Assembly: GCA_964616855.1 (NCBI GenBank) | Contig: CAZTUJ010000001.1 | Span: 320,301-384,300, forward strand | DNA: 64,000 nt | Source of the DNA: an uncultured Gammaproteobacteria bacterium | Lineage (GTDB): Bacteria; Patescibacteriota; Patescibacteriia; Patescibacteriales; UBA12465 | Direction: 5' to 3' | Part shown: piece after piece, positions 38,350 through 46,347 of the stretch | Layout of the letters: the number at the start of each line of letters is the position of its first letter | Numbering within the stretch: position 1 is the stretch's first letter | The notes under the pieces: generated by a model | Databases searched by the model: none | What the model was told of the DNA's origin: nothing | The model's input: the letters and a program-made list of their open reading frames with translations, nothing else | Position numbers and translations under genes: made by a program

Positions 38350-38784
38350 ATGTTTGCAAAAAGATTTTATGGCGCTGGTATCACCTTGGGTGTGGGCTAT
38401 GTTGCCTGGATGGCAATTCATTTTTCTTTAAGTCAGTGGCTACCATATTTTACGCCAGCGCTTTATTGGTCTTTGGTGGTAATAGTTATCAGTTTTCTGA
38501 TTTACTATTTTTTCCATGACAGTTTTTACCACATCCTCGGCTTGGATTTACTCACTTATTTGGAGGCAATCCATTTGTTGGTTTTTTGCTTCTGGGCTTT
38601 GAATGTCTTAGCTCAAGTCATTAACCTTGTTCCTTTAATCCTCGGACACGATCTCTGGATCCGCTACCTCCTCAGCGGTCCTTGGATGTTCGCGTGTTTC
38701 TGGTCAATTTTCATCTTAATTTTTTTAATAATGCTTCACTCCTATTGGAGCGATAATGCCTATCTCGCCAGCAGGCAGTATTAA
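38350..38784 (+). CDS. Uncharacterised 4-TM membrane protein, family B paralog 2
   Basis: 144-aa ORF with RBS AGGAGG. Similar promoter (CTTGACTT) and terminator (CGGCAAGCTT core) to paralog 1. Confidence 0.65.
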   Translation: MFAKRFYGAGITLGVGYVAWMAIHFSLSQWLPYFTPALYWSLVVIVISFLIYYFFHDSFYHILGLDLLTYLEAIHLLVFCFWALNVLAQVINLVPLILGHDLWIRYLLSGPWMFACFWSIFILIFLIMLHSYWSDNAYLASRQY

Positions 38785-38840
38785 AAAAGAGATTGTTCTT
38801 CCGCGGCAAGCTTTCAGCTTGTCGCTTTTTTTATAGCTGT

Positions 38841-38887
38841 TTGACAGAGTAAAGGGGCAATGCTATAGTATATGCGACTGAGTCGCA
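38841..38887 (+). promoter_or_regulatory. Promoter plus palindromic operator of the zur-znu-like operon
   Basis: TTGACA(38841)-N17-TATAGT(38864), then the palindrome TGCGACT-G-AGTCGCA at 38873-38887, 4 nt before the ATG. Confidence 0.55.
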
Positions 38888-38891
38888 ATAT

Positions 38892-39329
38892 ATGTCTAAA
38901 CAAGAATTAGTTAACTTAATTAAAAGTCTTCAAGCTCAGGGCTATCGCTTATCCGGTGGCCGAGAATTAGTTTTGTCAGTACTAGCCACTAGTCCGCGCC
39001 CTTTGCGGGCTTTAGATATTTTACAGGCTCCATCTTTAAAAAAAGCGGGTGTTAATCGGGCGACGGTCTATCGGTCTTTAACTTTTTTAGAAAAAATTGG
39101 AGTATTAGAAGTTTTGCGCTTAGATGGGGATGAACGCTTATATCACTTAAATCTTCATCACCACCATCATCTCGTTTGTACCGTCTGCAAGAAAATTGAA
39201 GCCGTGCACTTTTGTGATCGTCTTCGTCAAGAAGAGGCGCAGATTACTGCTAGCACCGGTTTTAAAGTCCAACGTCATGTTTTGGAATTTTACGGCCTTT
39301 GTAAAAAATGTCTAGCATCTTCAAAATAA
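38892..39329 (+). CDS. zur: Fur-family metalloregulator (Zur-like by context)
   Basis: Winged-helix N-terminus (RATVYRSLTFLEKIGVL), HHHHHLVCTVCKKIE and CKKC metal sites. Immediately upstream of the ZnuABC-like genes. Confidence 0.75.
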   Translation: MSKQELVNLIKSLQAQGYRLSGGRELVLSVLATSPRPLRALDILQAPSLKKAGVNRATVYRSLTFLEKIGVLEVLRLDGDERLYHLNLHHHHHLVCTVCKKIEAVHFCDRLRQEEAQITASTGFKVQRHVLEFYGLCKKCLASSK

Positions 39330-39353
39330 TTTTAATTGTCAATTTTTAAACAT

Positions 39354-40361
39354 ATGCCTAAACGTTTTATCTTCATGGGAATTTTTGTTCTCATTGTCGC
39401 CACCGCTTCTTGGTTGGCCGCCGCTAATTGGCAGCCTCAAAAAACTGAGGAGATTGATACTGGCGTTGAAAGTGAGAATGTTGTTGATGGTTCTGTTCCT
39501 TCAGCTAAGATCGGTGTCATTAGTAGTCTTTTCCCTTGGTACGACTTAAGCCGAGAAATCGGCGGGGACCGGGTAGAAGCAAAATTACTTTTGCCGCCAG
39601 GAGTGGAGGCTCACGCTTTTGAGCCGACTCCTAGTGACATGATTGCCTTGAGTAAAACCAAATTATTTGTTTATACCGGCGATTATATGGAGCCTTGGGC
39701 TCAAGATATTTTAGATGGTTTAGGCGGCAGTGCTCCCGCTAGTTTAGTGATTGGCCAAGATTTGGCGGTGTTAGAAGGGGTGGAGCATGAACACGAAGAA
39801 GGCGTTGAAGAAGCGGGTAAAGAGCATTCTGGTCTTGACCCTCACATTTGGCTTGACCCGATGATTATGTCAAAGGCCGCCGGTCGTTTAGCTAAGGCTT
39901 TAGCCCAATTAGATCCGGCAGGTAGCTCTTACTATAATCAGCGTTTAGAAGCCTATCAACATCGTCTGGATCAATTGGATGAAGACTATCGGCAGACTCT
40001 TACCACTTGCAAACAGAATAATTTTATTTTTGCCGGCCATTATGCTTTTGGCTATTTAGCTAGCCGCTATAATCTCAAATATGAAGCGGCTCAAGGTTTT
40101 TCTCCAGATGCAGAAAGTAGTCCTCAGCAATTGCAAGCTTTAAGTAATTTAATCAAAACCACGGGGGTAAAATATATTTTTGCGGAAGAATTAGAAAATC
40201 AACAGTTAGCAGAAGCCTTGGCTCAAGAAAATGGAGTGAAAATTTTATTACTCAACTCCGCTCACAATTTAAGTAAAGATGATTTAAAAGACGGCTTATC
40301 TTATCTCGATATCATGCGGTCTAACTTAAAGCAACTTAGCACTGGTCTCTTATGTCGCTAA
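39354..40361 (+). CDS. znuA: Metal ABC transporter substrate-binding protein (ZnuA/TroA cluster) with an acidic/His-rich loop
   Basis: ATG at 39354. DPHIWLDP hallmark. The loop EHEHEEGVEEAGKEHSG suggests zinc. Confidence 0.8.
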   Translation: MPKRFIFMGIFVLIVATASWLAAANWQPQKTEEIDTGVESENVVDGSVPSAKIGVISSLFPWYDLSREIGGDRVEAKLLLPPGVEAHAFEPTPSDMIALSKTKLFVYTGDYMEPWAQDILDGLGGSAPASLVIGQDLAVLEGVEHEHEEGVEEAGKEHSGLDPHIWLDPMIMSKAAGRLAKALAQLDPAGSSYYNQRLEAYQHRLDQLDEDYRQTLTTCKQNNFIFAGHYAFGYLASRYNLKYEAAQGFSPDAESSPQQLQALSNLIKTTGVKYIFAEELENQQLAEALAQENGVKILLLNSAHNLSKDDLKDGLSYLDIMRSNLKQLSTGLLCR

Positions 40362-41113
40362 TTGTCCGCGTCGATAATTTAAGTGTTGTCTATAATGAAA
40401 TACCGGCGGTGTCGGGGGTTTCTTTTCAGATATCCGCTGGTGATTATATCGGTCTAGCTGGTCCTAATGGTGCCGGCAAAAGCAGTTTGGTTAAGGCCTT
40501 ATTGGGTTTGACAGCGGTAAGTAGTGGAAAGATTGAATTGTTTGGGCAGGATCTAAAAGATTTTTCTCAGTGGGAAAAGATTGCTTATCTCCCCCAGAAG
40601 CATCAGCATAACTTATTATTCCCGGCCAGTGTTTTAGAGGTGGTCGTTAGTGGTTTGGCAGGCATGCCTCATATTGTCGCCGAAGAGGCTAAGGCCAGAG
40701 CTCGGCACTTGTTGCAGGATTTAGCGATAGTAGAAACGGAATCTAAACTTTTTAGTCGTCTTTCCGGTGGTCAGCAACAGCGAGTCTTGTTAGCGCGCGC
40801 TTTGATCCGGGAACCACAGCTTTTAATTCTAGACGAACCGACCACGGCTTTAGACCCACAGGTGCGGGAAAAATTCTTTGCTCTGCTCACTAAAATTAAT
40901 CAGGAAAAGGGAACAACTATTATTATGGTGACACATGATACCGCTGATATTGGTCGCTATGCGCGCTCTTTATTTTACTTAGATGAAAAGTTGATTTTCT
41001 TTGGTCCCTTCGCCGATTTTTGTCACTCTCACGCCATGGAATCTTATTTCGGTGATTTTGCCCAACATTTAATTTGCCATCAACACCTTGATCATTTGGC
41101 GGCCTCGTCTTAA
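40352..41113 (+). CDS. znuC: Metal ABC transporter ATP-binding protein
   Basis: GPNGAGKSS, LSGGQQQRVLLARAL, LILDEP. Overlaps the upstream gene by 10 nt. Confidence 0.85.
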   Translation: MSLIVRVDNLSVVYNEIPAVSGVSFQISAGDYIGLAGPNGAGKSSLVKALLGLTAVSSGKIELFGQDLKDFSQWEKIAYLPQKHQHNLLFPASVLEVVVSGLAGMPHIVAEEAKARARHLLQDLAIVETESKLFSRLSGGQQQRVLLARALIREPQLLILDEPTTALDPQVREKFFALLTKINQEKGTTIIMVTHDTADIGRYARSLFYLDEKLIFFGPFADFCHSHAMESYFGDFAQHLICHQHLDHLAASS

Positions 41114-41117
41114 TCTT

Positions 41118-41927
41118 ATGGAATTTTTAAGCTTCTTCCAATATAGTTTCTTACTCCGAGCTTTAATTGCCGGTTCTTTGATTGCGGTTTTAGCCGGTGT
41201 CCTCGGGGTATTTTTAGTTTTAAGGAAACTATCTTTAATTGGCGACGGTTTGGCTCATGTTAGTTTCGGCGGTGTTGCTCTTGGTTTGCTTTTTGGTATT
41301 TATCCTTTTTATGTATCTTTACCCTTAACTATCATCGCTTCTTTTTTTATTTTCAAGCTCAGTCATCGAGCTCGAATTTACGGTGATGCCGCTATTGGTA
41401 TTGTCTCGGCCGTGGGAGTGGCTGGTGGTGTGGTGATTGCCAGTTTGGCTCATGGTTTTAATGTTGATCTCTTTTCCTATCTCTTTGGTAGTTTGTTAGC
41501 GGTGAAAAGCAGTGAAATCTATTTTCTTATTCTCTTAGTCCTATTAACTCTGGCTTTTCTTATTTACTATTATCGCCCTTTATTTGCCCTGGCCTTTGAT
41601 GAGGTGTCCGCGCGGGCAATGGGGGTAAAAGTCGCTTGGCTTAACAGCGTTCTCTTAGTCTTAAGTGCTTTAACGGTAGCAGTAGCGGTAAAGGCGGTGG
41701 GGGTAATGTTAGTTTCTGCCCTTCTGATTTTACCAGCTGCCGCCGCGTTGCAGAATGCAAAAAATTTCCGTTGGGCTTTAGCCGGAGCCGCTCTTTTTGC
41801 TTTAGCAGCTGTTTGGCTAGGGCTGCTAGCTGCTCTCAATTTTGACCTCCCCGCTGGCGCTAGTATTGTTTTAGCCGGCTTTTTCCTCTTTCTTGGCGCC
41901 TATGCTTTTGCCCGTTTTCGCTCTTAA
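41118..41927 (+). CDS. znuB: Metal ABC transporter permease (ABC-3 family)
   Basis: ATG at 41118 (MEFLSFFQYSFLLRALIAG...). About 8 TM segments, typical of ZnuB/MntB permeases. Confidence 0.8.
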   Translation: MEFLSFFQYSFLLRALIAGSLIAVLAGVLGVFLVLRKLSLIGDGLAHVSFGGVALGLLFGIYPFYVSLPLTIIASFFIFKLSHRARIYGDAAIGIVSAVGVAGGVVIASLAHGFNVDLFSYLFGSLLAVKSSEIYFLILLVLLTLAFLIYYYRPLFALAFDEVSARAMGVKVAWLNSVLLVLSALTVAVAVKAVGVMLVSALLILPAAAALQNAKNFRWALAGAALFALAAVWLGLLAALNFDLPAGASIVLAGFFLFLGAYAFARFRS

Positions 41928-41975
41928 AATTTTTTCAAATTATTTAAATAAAAAAAGGAAGCAAAGTGCTTCCTT

Positions 41976-43154
41976 TTATAGTCCCTTTTTCCAAATGAAG
42001 GGGGCAAGCATAATCAAGAGTAGTCCTGAGCTGGTCCAGGCGAGGTTGATGGAATAGTGGCTACCGAGCCAGCCACTGCCGAGCAGTCCGAGAAATGCCC
42101 CGGCGTGGACTCCCATCGATTCTAAGGAGAGCATGGTCGCCCGGTTTTCTTGCTGGAGGCGGCGGTTCATGGCCGCTTTTTTTAAAGGGCCAAAGAGACC
42201 GCGACCAAGTTCGTGGACAAGGAAAAAAAGCAGGGCGGGTAAGAAGATGGCGGCTTGGCCGCTGAAAATCATCATCAAGCCAGTGAGCGCAAAAGCAAGC
42301 GCTAAGCCTTGACCTTCATGGCCTTGTTTCTTCGCTACCAAGGGGGCTAAACGGGCGCCTAGAGCGATAGCCAGGGCTACGCCACTAAAGATGAGCCCCA
42401 GACTCCACATCGGCATTTTAAAGCCTTCGCGGAAGAATAGGGTCCACTGCATGTTGAGCGCTTGGACGCTCATGGCGAGAACGGTACTAATAGCAACTAG
42501 ACGCAAGAAAGCGGGATTGCTTTTGCCTTGCTGCCAACTAGTTTGAGCTGTTTGGCGCAGGGGCGCCAAGGAAAAACGAAGGCGTTGGCGTTGAAAATAT
42601 GGTTCGCGTATCAAGCTGAAAGCAGTCAGTGCCGCTAAGAGCATGCCGGTACCACTAAAGAGCCAGGGCAGGGCGAGATTGTGGCCACCAAGCAGAGCAC
42701 CGGCAAAACTACCGATGATTATCCCAGCTTGTTTGTAATGCTCTTCTTGGCGAAAGATTTTTTCCAAAGAGATTTTACTTTCTTGCCAGCGCAGGGAGTC
42801 AACAATCCAAGCTTCTAAAGCTCCGGAAATTAAGGTATAGCCGAAGGCACCAATAATTTCGGCGGCGATGAAGGCCAGGAGATGGTCGCTGAAGAAGTAG
42901 ACATAGAAGGACAGGCCCCAAGCAATGCAACCGAAAATGATAGAGCGGCGACGGCCAAAGCTATCAGCAAAGGCACCGGTAGGCACTTCTAAGATGAAGA
43001 CGCTGAACATGAAGGCGGCATTAATCAAACTCATCTCCAAGATGCTAATTCCTTTTCCCGCTAAAAAGAGTTGATAGGTGGTGAAAAAGAAAGCCGGAGC
43101 CGCGGTTAGCAGAAAGGACATAATTTTAAAGGTACGGAGGAGTGAGGTTCTCAT
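41976..43154 (-). CDS. MFS transporter
   Basis: 392 aa with 12 predicted TM segments. The loop motif ADSFGRRRS is in the MFS signature position. Confidence 0.8.
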   Translation of the reverse strand: MRTSLLRTFKIMSFLLTAAPAFFFTTYQLFLAGKGISILEMSLINAAFMFSVFILEVPTGAFADSFGRRRSIIFGCIAWGLSFYVYFFSDHLLAFIAAEIIGAFGYTLISGALEAWIVDSLRWQESKISLEKIFRQEEHYKQAGIIIGSFAGALLGGHNLALPWLFSGTGMLLAALTAFSLIREPYFQRQRLRFSLAPLRQTAQTSWQQGKSNPAFLRLVAISTVLAMSVQALNMQWTLFFREGFKMPMWSLGLIFSGVALAIALGARLAPLVAKKQGHEGQGLALAFALTGLMMIFSGQAAIFLPALLFFLVHELGRGLFGPLKKAAMNRRLQQENRATMLSLESMGVHAGAFLGLLGSGWLGSHYSINLAWTSSGLLLIMLAPFIWKKGL

Positions 43155-43183
43155 AGATTTAGGTTTTTAGGGTTAAAAGGATA

Positions 43184-43223
43184 TTAATAAAAAATCTCGG
43201 CCCTGATTCCGTCAGGCCGAGAT
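43184..43223 (-). terminator. Intrinsic terminator inside the MFS leader
   Basis: Minus strand ATCTCGGCC-N12-GGCCGAGAT followed by TTTTTTATT. It ends about 30 nt upstream of the MFS ATG. Confidence 0.7.
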
Positions 43224-43400
43224 TTCGCTGTTGTTTTTTGATTGGCGCTTCTAAATAATTACTTAGAAGGCCAGGCATTTACCTAACAGTCCCATTCGGC
43301 CCCAGGGGTCGTTCATACCGACAAAAGCCCGGTCACAGGTGATCGGCTTAAGAGAGTTGAGGTTGTGGTACTGTTTTAGTAAATGCATATCTTTATTGTC
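43224..43400 (-). ncRNA. Candidate structured leader RNA / sRNA (unclassified)
   Basis: ORF-free and about 50% G+C by hand count. A 16-bp closing helix (43275-43293 with 43367-43386) encloses 73 nt. A second hairpin lies at 43248-43269. An ECF-type promoter lies upstream and a terminator downstream. Confidence 0.4.
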
Positions 43401-43406
43401 TATATA

Positions 43407-43436
43407 AATATACGGGAATTACGCCAAATTGTTACA
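43407..43436 (-). promoter_or_regulatory. ECF-type promoter TGTAAC-N16-CGTATATT
   Basis: Minus strand: TGTAAC at 43436-43431, exactly 16 nt of spacer, CGTATATT at 43414-43407. Confidence 0.55.
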
Positions 43437-43496
43437 TTTTGCCAAGAAAAAACCCCGACTCAATGAGTGCGGGGCGAAAACGAGAAAACAGGGTTT

Positions 43497-43826
43497 TTAG
43501 ATAGCGGCGGACAGCTCCATCACTGATTCCAGTTCTTTTTCAATCTGGAGTTGATGGAAGCGCAGAATAGTGGGGTCAGCATTTAGCTGGAGCTGGGGCA
43601 ATAATTTTTGCCATTCTTCTCCAAACTTTTTGGCGCGGTTGGCATGGAAAGATTTATCTTTGCGAGAAGCCTGTTTGTAACAACTGGCAACGCTTTTGGC
43701 TCCTTCCAGGATCCAGCCAAGAATTGTCTGACAATTTTCTTCGGTCGGCGAATTTAACAATTGCCTACTAAGGCGAAATAATTCCGCCACCGGTTCGGTC
43801 TGCTTTTGATTTTTGCTTTTGTCCAT
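43497..43826 (-). CDS. Hypothetical protein
   Basis: 109-aa helical ORF followed on the minus strand by the CCCCGCAC...GTCGGGG terminator at about 43447-43480. Confidence 0.55.
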   Translation of the reverse strand: MDKSKNQKQTEPVAELFRLSRQLLNSPTEENCQTILGWILEGAKSVASCYKQASRKDKSFHANRAKKFGEEWQKLLPQLQLNADPTILRFHQLQIEKELESVMELSAAI

Positions 43827-43938
43827 TACGTATATTTTTTTAATGAATGTTCTTATTTAAGTACAAAAATAATATTTTGTCAAGTAGGGCCTAGGTCTTG
43901 ACCTAAATAAATTTTTGCGTATCTGCTATAATCACCTT

Positions 43939-44403
43939 ATGATTAATATTACTCTCTTAGCCGTGGGGACCTTGAAAAATAAGGCTCTGCAGGCTCTAGC
44001 TCAAGACTACACTAAAAGAATCAGCCCCTATGCTCGTCTACGTTTAGTAGAAATTCCGGCGGCGGCTTTTGGTAAGAAGGATAAGAAGCAAGCAAAAAAC
44101 TTAGAAAAAGAGGCCTTAGAAAAAGTTTTGCACAGATATGAAAAAGAAGATATTTTTCTTTTAGCAGAAAATGGCCGTCTTTTTGCTTCTTTGGCTTTTG
44201 CCGATTTTTTAGGAGAGCGTGATGGTGGCAATTTAGTGTTGGTAGTTGGTGGTGCTTTAGGTTGGTCACCGGAGTTCTTGGAAAAATATCCAGCCATCTC
44301 CTTGTCAGCCTTAACTTTTCCTCATGAACTAGCACGAGTGATTCTCCTAGAACAACTCTATCGGGGCTTATTAATAAAGGCCGGTAAAGAATATCATTAT
44401 TAG
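43939..44403 (+). CDS. rlmH: 23S rRNA (pseudouridine1915-N3)-methyltransferase
   Basis: ATG at 43939 (MINITLLAVGTLKNK). C-terminus GGALGWSPEF...SLSALTFPHELARVILLEQLYRG..I..GKEYH matches the RlmH SPOUT family. Confidence 0.9.
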   Translation: MINITLLAVGTLKNKALQALAQDYTKRISPYARLRLVEIPAAAFGKKDKKQAKNLEKEALEKVLHRYEKEDIFLLAENGRLFASLAFADFLGERDGGNLVLVVGGALGWSPEFLEKYPAISLSALTFPHELARVILLEQLYRGLLIKAGKEYHY

Positions 44404-44441
44404 AAGAGATTTGGTATAATATTAATATCAAATTAATTATT

Positions 44442-45131
44442 ATGCCTGCTAAAAAGCAAAGTATCATCACTTTTGATAAAAATCAGCGCCGTCTTACTTG
44501 GACAATGTTATTTTTAACGGTAGCGGCTGCTATTTTTCTTTTTATTCTCTCCTATCGTTTGCGTCGTTTAGAGCCTTTGCCCTTACCGACGCCAGCCGCG
44601 GTTATTCCCGCTTTATTTCAAGGTGAAACTTTTAGCGAAACGGCTTTACTAGAATTGCCGGCTTTAGCCACGTCCGGAGAAACTTCTTTTCTAGCTTCGC
44701 CTGATGCCAGCCGCTTTGCTTATGTTTTAAAAACAGAAGCAAAGCAGCAGCTAGTCTTAGATGAAAGCGCTGGACCCTTAGTGGACAAAATTACCTTTTG
44801 GTCATTTTCTCCCGACTCTAAACATTTTGCTTATACTGTTAAAGAGGGTAGCAAGGAATGGGCAATTGTTGATGGCGTGGCTGGAACTCATTATGATTGG
44901 ATTTTTAATCCCCGCTTCTTTACTCCTAATAGTGCTTATTTCGTCTATAAGGCGCGGGTGAGCGGCGGTAAAGATATTTTAGTAGTTAATGGTCGGGAAA
45001 CTCGTCCTTATGACCGTATTTATGAACCGATTATTTCGCCAGAAAAAGATACTTTAATTTTCTTTGCCCGCGATGGTCAGCAGTTATGGCGAGGAGAAGT
45101 TCCTCTGCGGGCAATATCAGCAGCAGAATAA
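44442..45131 (+). CDS. TM-anchored hypothetical protein with a repeated beta-propeller-like motif
   Basis: One TM segment (LFLTVAAAIFLFILS). Repeated F(A/V)Y..K......V(V/L)(D/N)G....YD.I units. Confidence 0.55.
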   Translation: MPAKKQSIITFDKNQRRLTWTMLFLTVAAAIFLFILSYRLRRLEPLPLPTPAAVIPALFQGETFSETALLELPALATSGETSFLASPDASRFAYVLKTEAKQQLVLDESAGPLVDKITFWSFSPDSKHFAYTVKEGSKEWAIVDGVAGTHYDWIFNPRFFTPNSAYFVYKARVSGGKDILVVNGRETRPYDRIYEPIISPEKDTLIFFARDGQQLWRGEVPLRAISAAE

Positions 45132-45165
45132 GTAAAAAGCCTTCTGGGAAGAAGGCTTTTATGGG

Positions 45166-45321
45166 TTAGGAGGAGGGCACTTGCGTGAGCAAATCTCGGA
45201 TGATCGTTAGGATCTTCACTAAGATTTCGCTGGCAAGAGCGCTCGCATCGGGGGGCATGGCCCATCTCAGGACTAAGAGGAGTATTAAGACTCCTAAAAA
45301 TCCGCTAAATTCTTTAAACAT
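45166..45321 (-). CDS. Unannotated 51-codon small membrane protein
   Basis: My own translation: MFKEFSGFLGVLILLLVLRWAMPPDASALASEILVKILTIIRDLLTQVPSS, with an ATG start and TAA stop followed by a bidirectional terminator (45133-45160). It is below the ORF-track size cut-off. Confidence 0.45.
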   Translation of the reverse strand: MFKEFSGFLGVLILLLVLRWAMPPDASALASEILVKILTIIRDLLTQVPSS

Positions 45322-45484
45322 AAATTTTAAAAATTAATGTTTATAGAAGAGGGGACTAAAGAGTGACGACCTCTTAGCCTGTCGCTTTGTTCTTTTTGAC
45401 AAAGCGCCCTCCCGTTCCTTGACGGCAAAGTTTCTGCCAGCAAAGAGCGGGAGTGTTGGGAAATGCCTGTTAAAGTACTGTTTT
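45322..45484 (-). ncRNA. Candidate structured 5' leader RNA (unclassified)
   Basis: ORF-free and about 50% G+C. Helices CTCCCG/CGGGAG (45448-45453 with 45409-45414) enclosing GGCA/TGCC, CGCTTTGT/ACAAAGCG (45383-45390 with 45399-45406), and AGAGG/CCTCT. Confidence 0.35.
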
Positions 45485-45490
45485 ACGTTA

Positions 45491-45520
45491 ATCATACGTA
45501 TTTTTACCTATTTTGTTACA
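45491..45520 (-). promoter_or_regulatory. ECF-type promoter TGTAAC-N16-CGTATGAT
   Basis: Minus strand: TGTAAC at 45520-45515, a 16-nt spacer, CGTATGAT at 45498-45491. Confidence 0.5.
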
Positions 45521-45562
45521 CTTTTAAGTCATTGTCGTCTATTTAATAAGCAGTTTTAATCT

Positions 45563-46300
45563 ATGCCTAAAATCAGCTTTAAAAATGATCGCCGTTTAGG
45601 ACTACTTTTTAGCCAAGCGGCTAAACCGGCTAAGGCGGAGATTTTGAACCGTTTTTTTAAGACTGGCCCGGGACAATATGGCGAAGGGGATAAATTTTTA
45701 GGTCTCAGTGTGCCTTTTGTCCGCTCTTTAGCCGCTAGTTATGCCGATGCTTCGGATGCTTTAGTGGAGGAGCTTTTATATCACCCCTATCATGAAGTCC
45801 GTTTGCTCGGAGTCTTGTTGATGGTCCGCCGCTACGAGCGGGCCAAGACAGATAAGGAAAAAGCGGCCGCGCTCAAGTTCTACCTCAATCATCGTTTTGC
45901 TCTTAATAATTGGGACTTAGTCGATTTATCGGTCTATAAGGTCTGGGGTGACTACCTCCTGCGTCATCCGCAGGAACGTGCTCAGTTATATCGTTTTGCT
46001 GCCTCTAGTAATCTTTGGGAGCGGCGGATGGCGGTGGTAGCGACCATGGCTTTAATTAAGGCAGGCGAATTTAAAGAGATTCTCAAGTTGAGTCAGATGT
46101 TGCTTAAAGATAAACACGATTTAATGCATAAGGCAGTCGGTTGGATGCTTCGGGAAATGGGCAAAAAAGATCAGGCGGTGTTGATTAAATTTTTAAATCA
46201 ATTCGGCCCGCACTTGCCGCGGACTAGTTTGCGTTATGCGATTGAAAGATTGCCGGAAGCTTGGCGGCAAGACTATTTAAAAATAAAAATAATTAAATAG
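45563..46300 (+). CDS. DNA alkylation repair protein (AlkD-like HEAT-repeat glycosylase family)
   Basis: FFKTGPGQYGEGDKFLGLSVP, NNWDLVDLS, LWERRMAVVAT, HKAVGWMLRE are typical of the DNA_alkylation family. Confidence 0.8.
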   Translation: MPKISFKNDRRLGLLFSQAAKPAKAEILNRFFKTGPGQYGEGDKFLGLSVPFVRSLAASYADASDALVEELLYHPYHEVRLLGVLLMVRRYERAKTDKEKAAALKFYLNHRFALNNWDLVDLSVYKVWGDYLLRHPQERAQLYRFAASSNLWERRMAVVATMALIKAGEFKEILKLSQMLLKDKHDLMHKAVGWMLREMGKKDQAVLIKFLNQFGPHLPRTSLRYAIERLPEAWRQDYLKIKIIK

Positions 46301-46347
46301 GGTGCTGGCGGGAAATACTTATATTTCCTCGATCCACCCTCAAATAT

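Noticed and set aside
43270-43390. Identification of the long hairpin as SRP (4.5S) RNA or 6S RNA.
   Set aside because: Neither strand shows the conserved SRP domain IV features (GGAA tetraloop with flanking AGCA/GGAAG motifs). I could not support a 6S-like central bubble. It is left unclassified.
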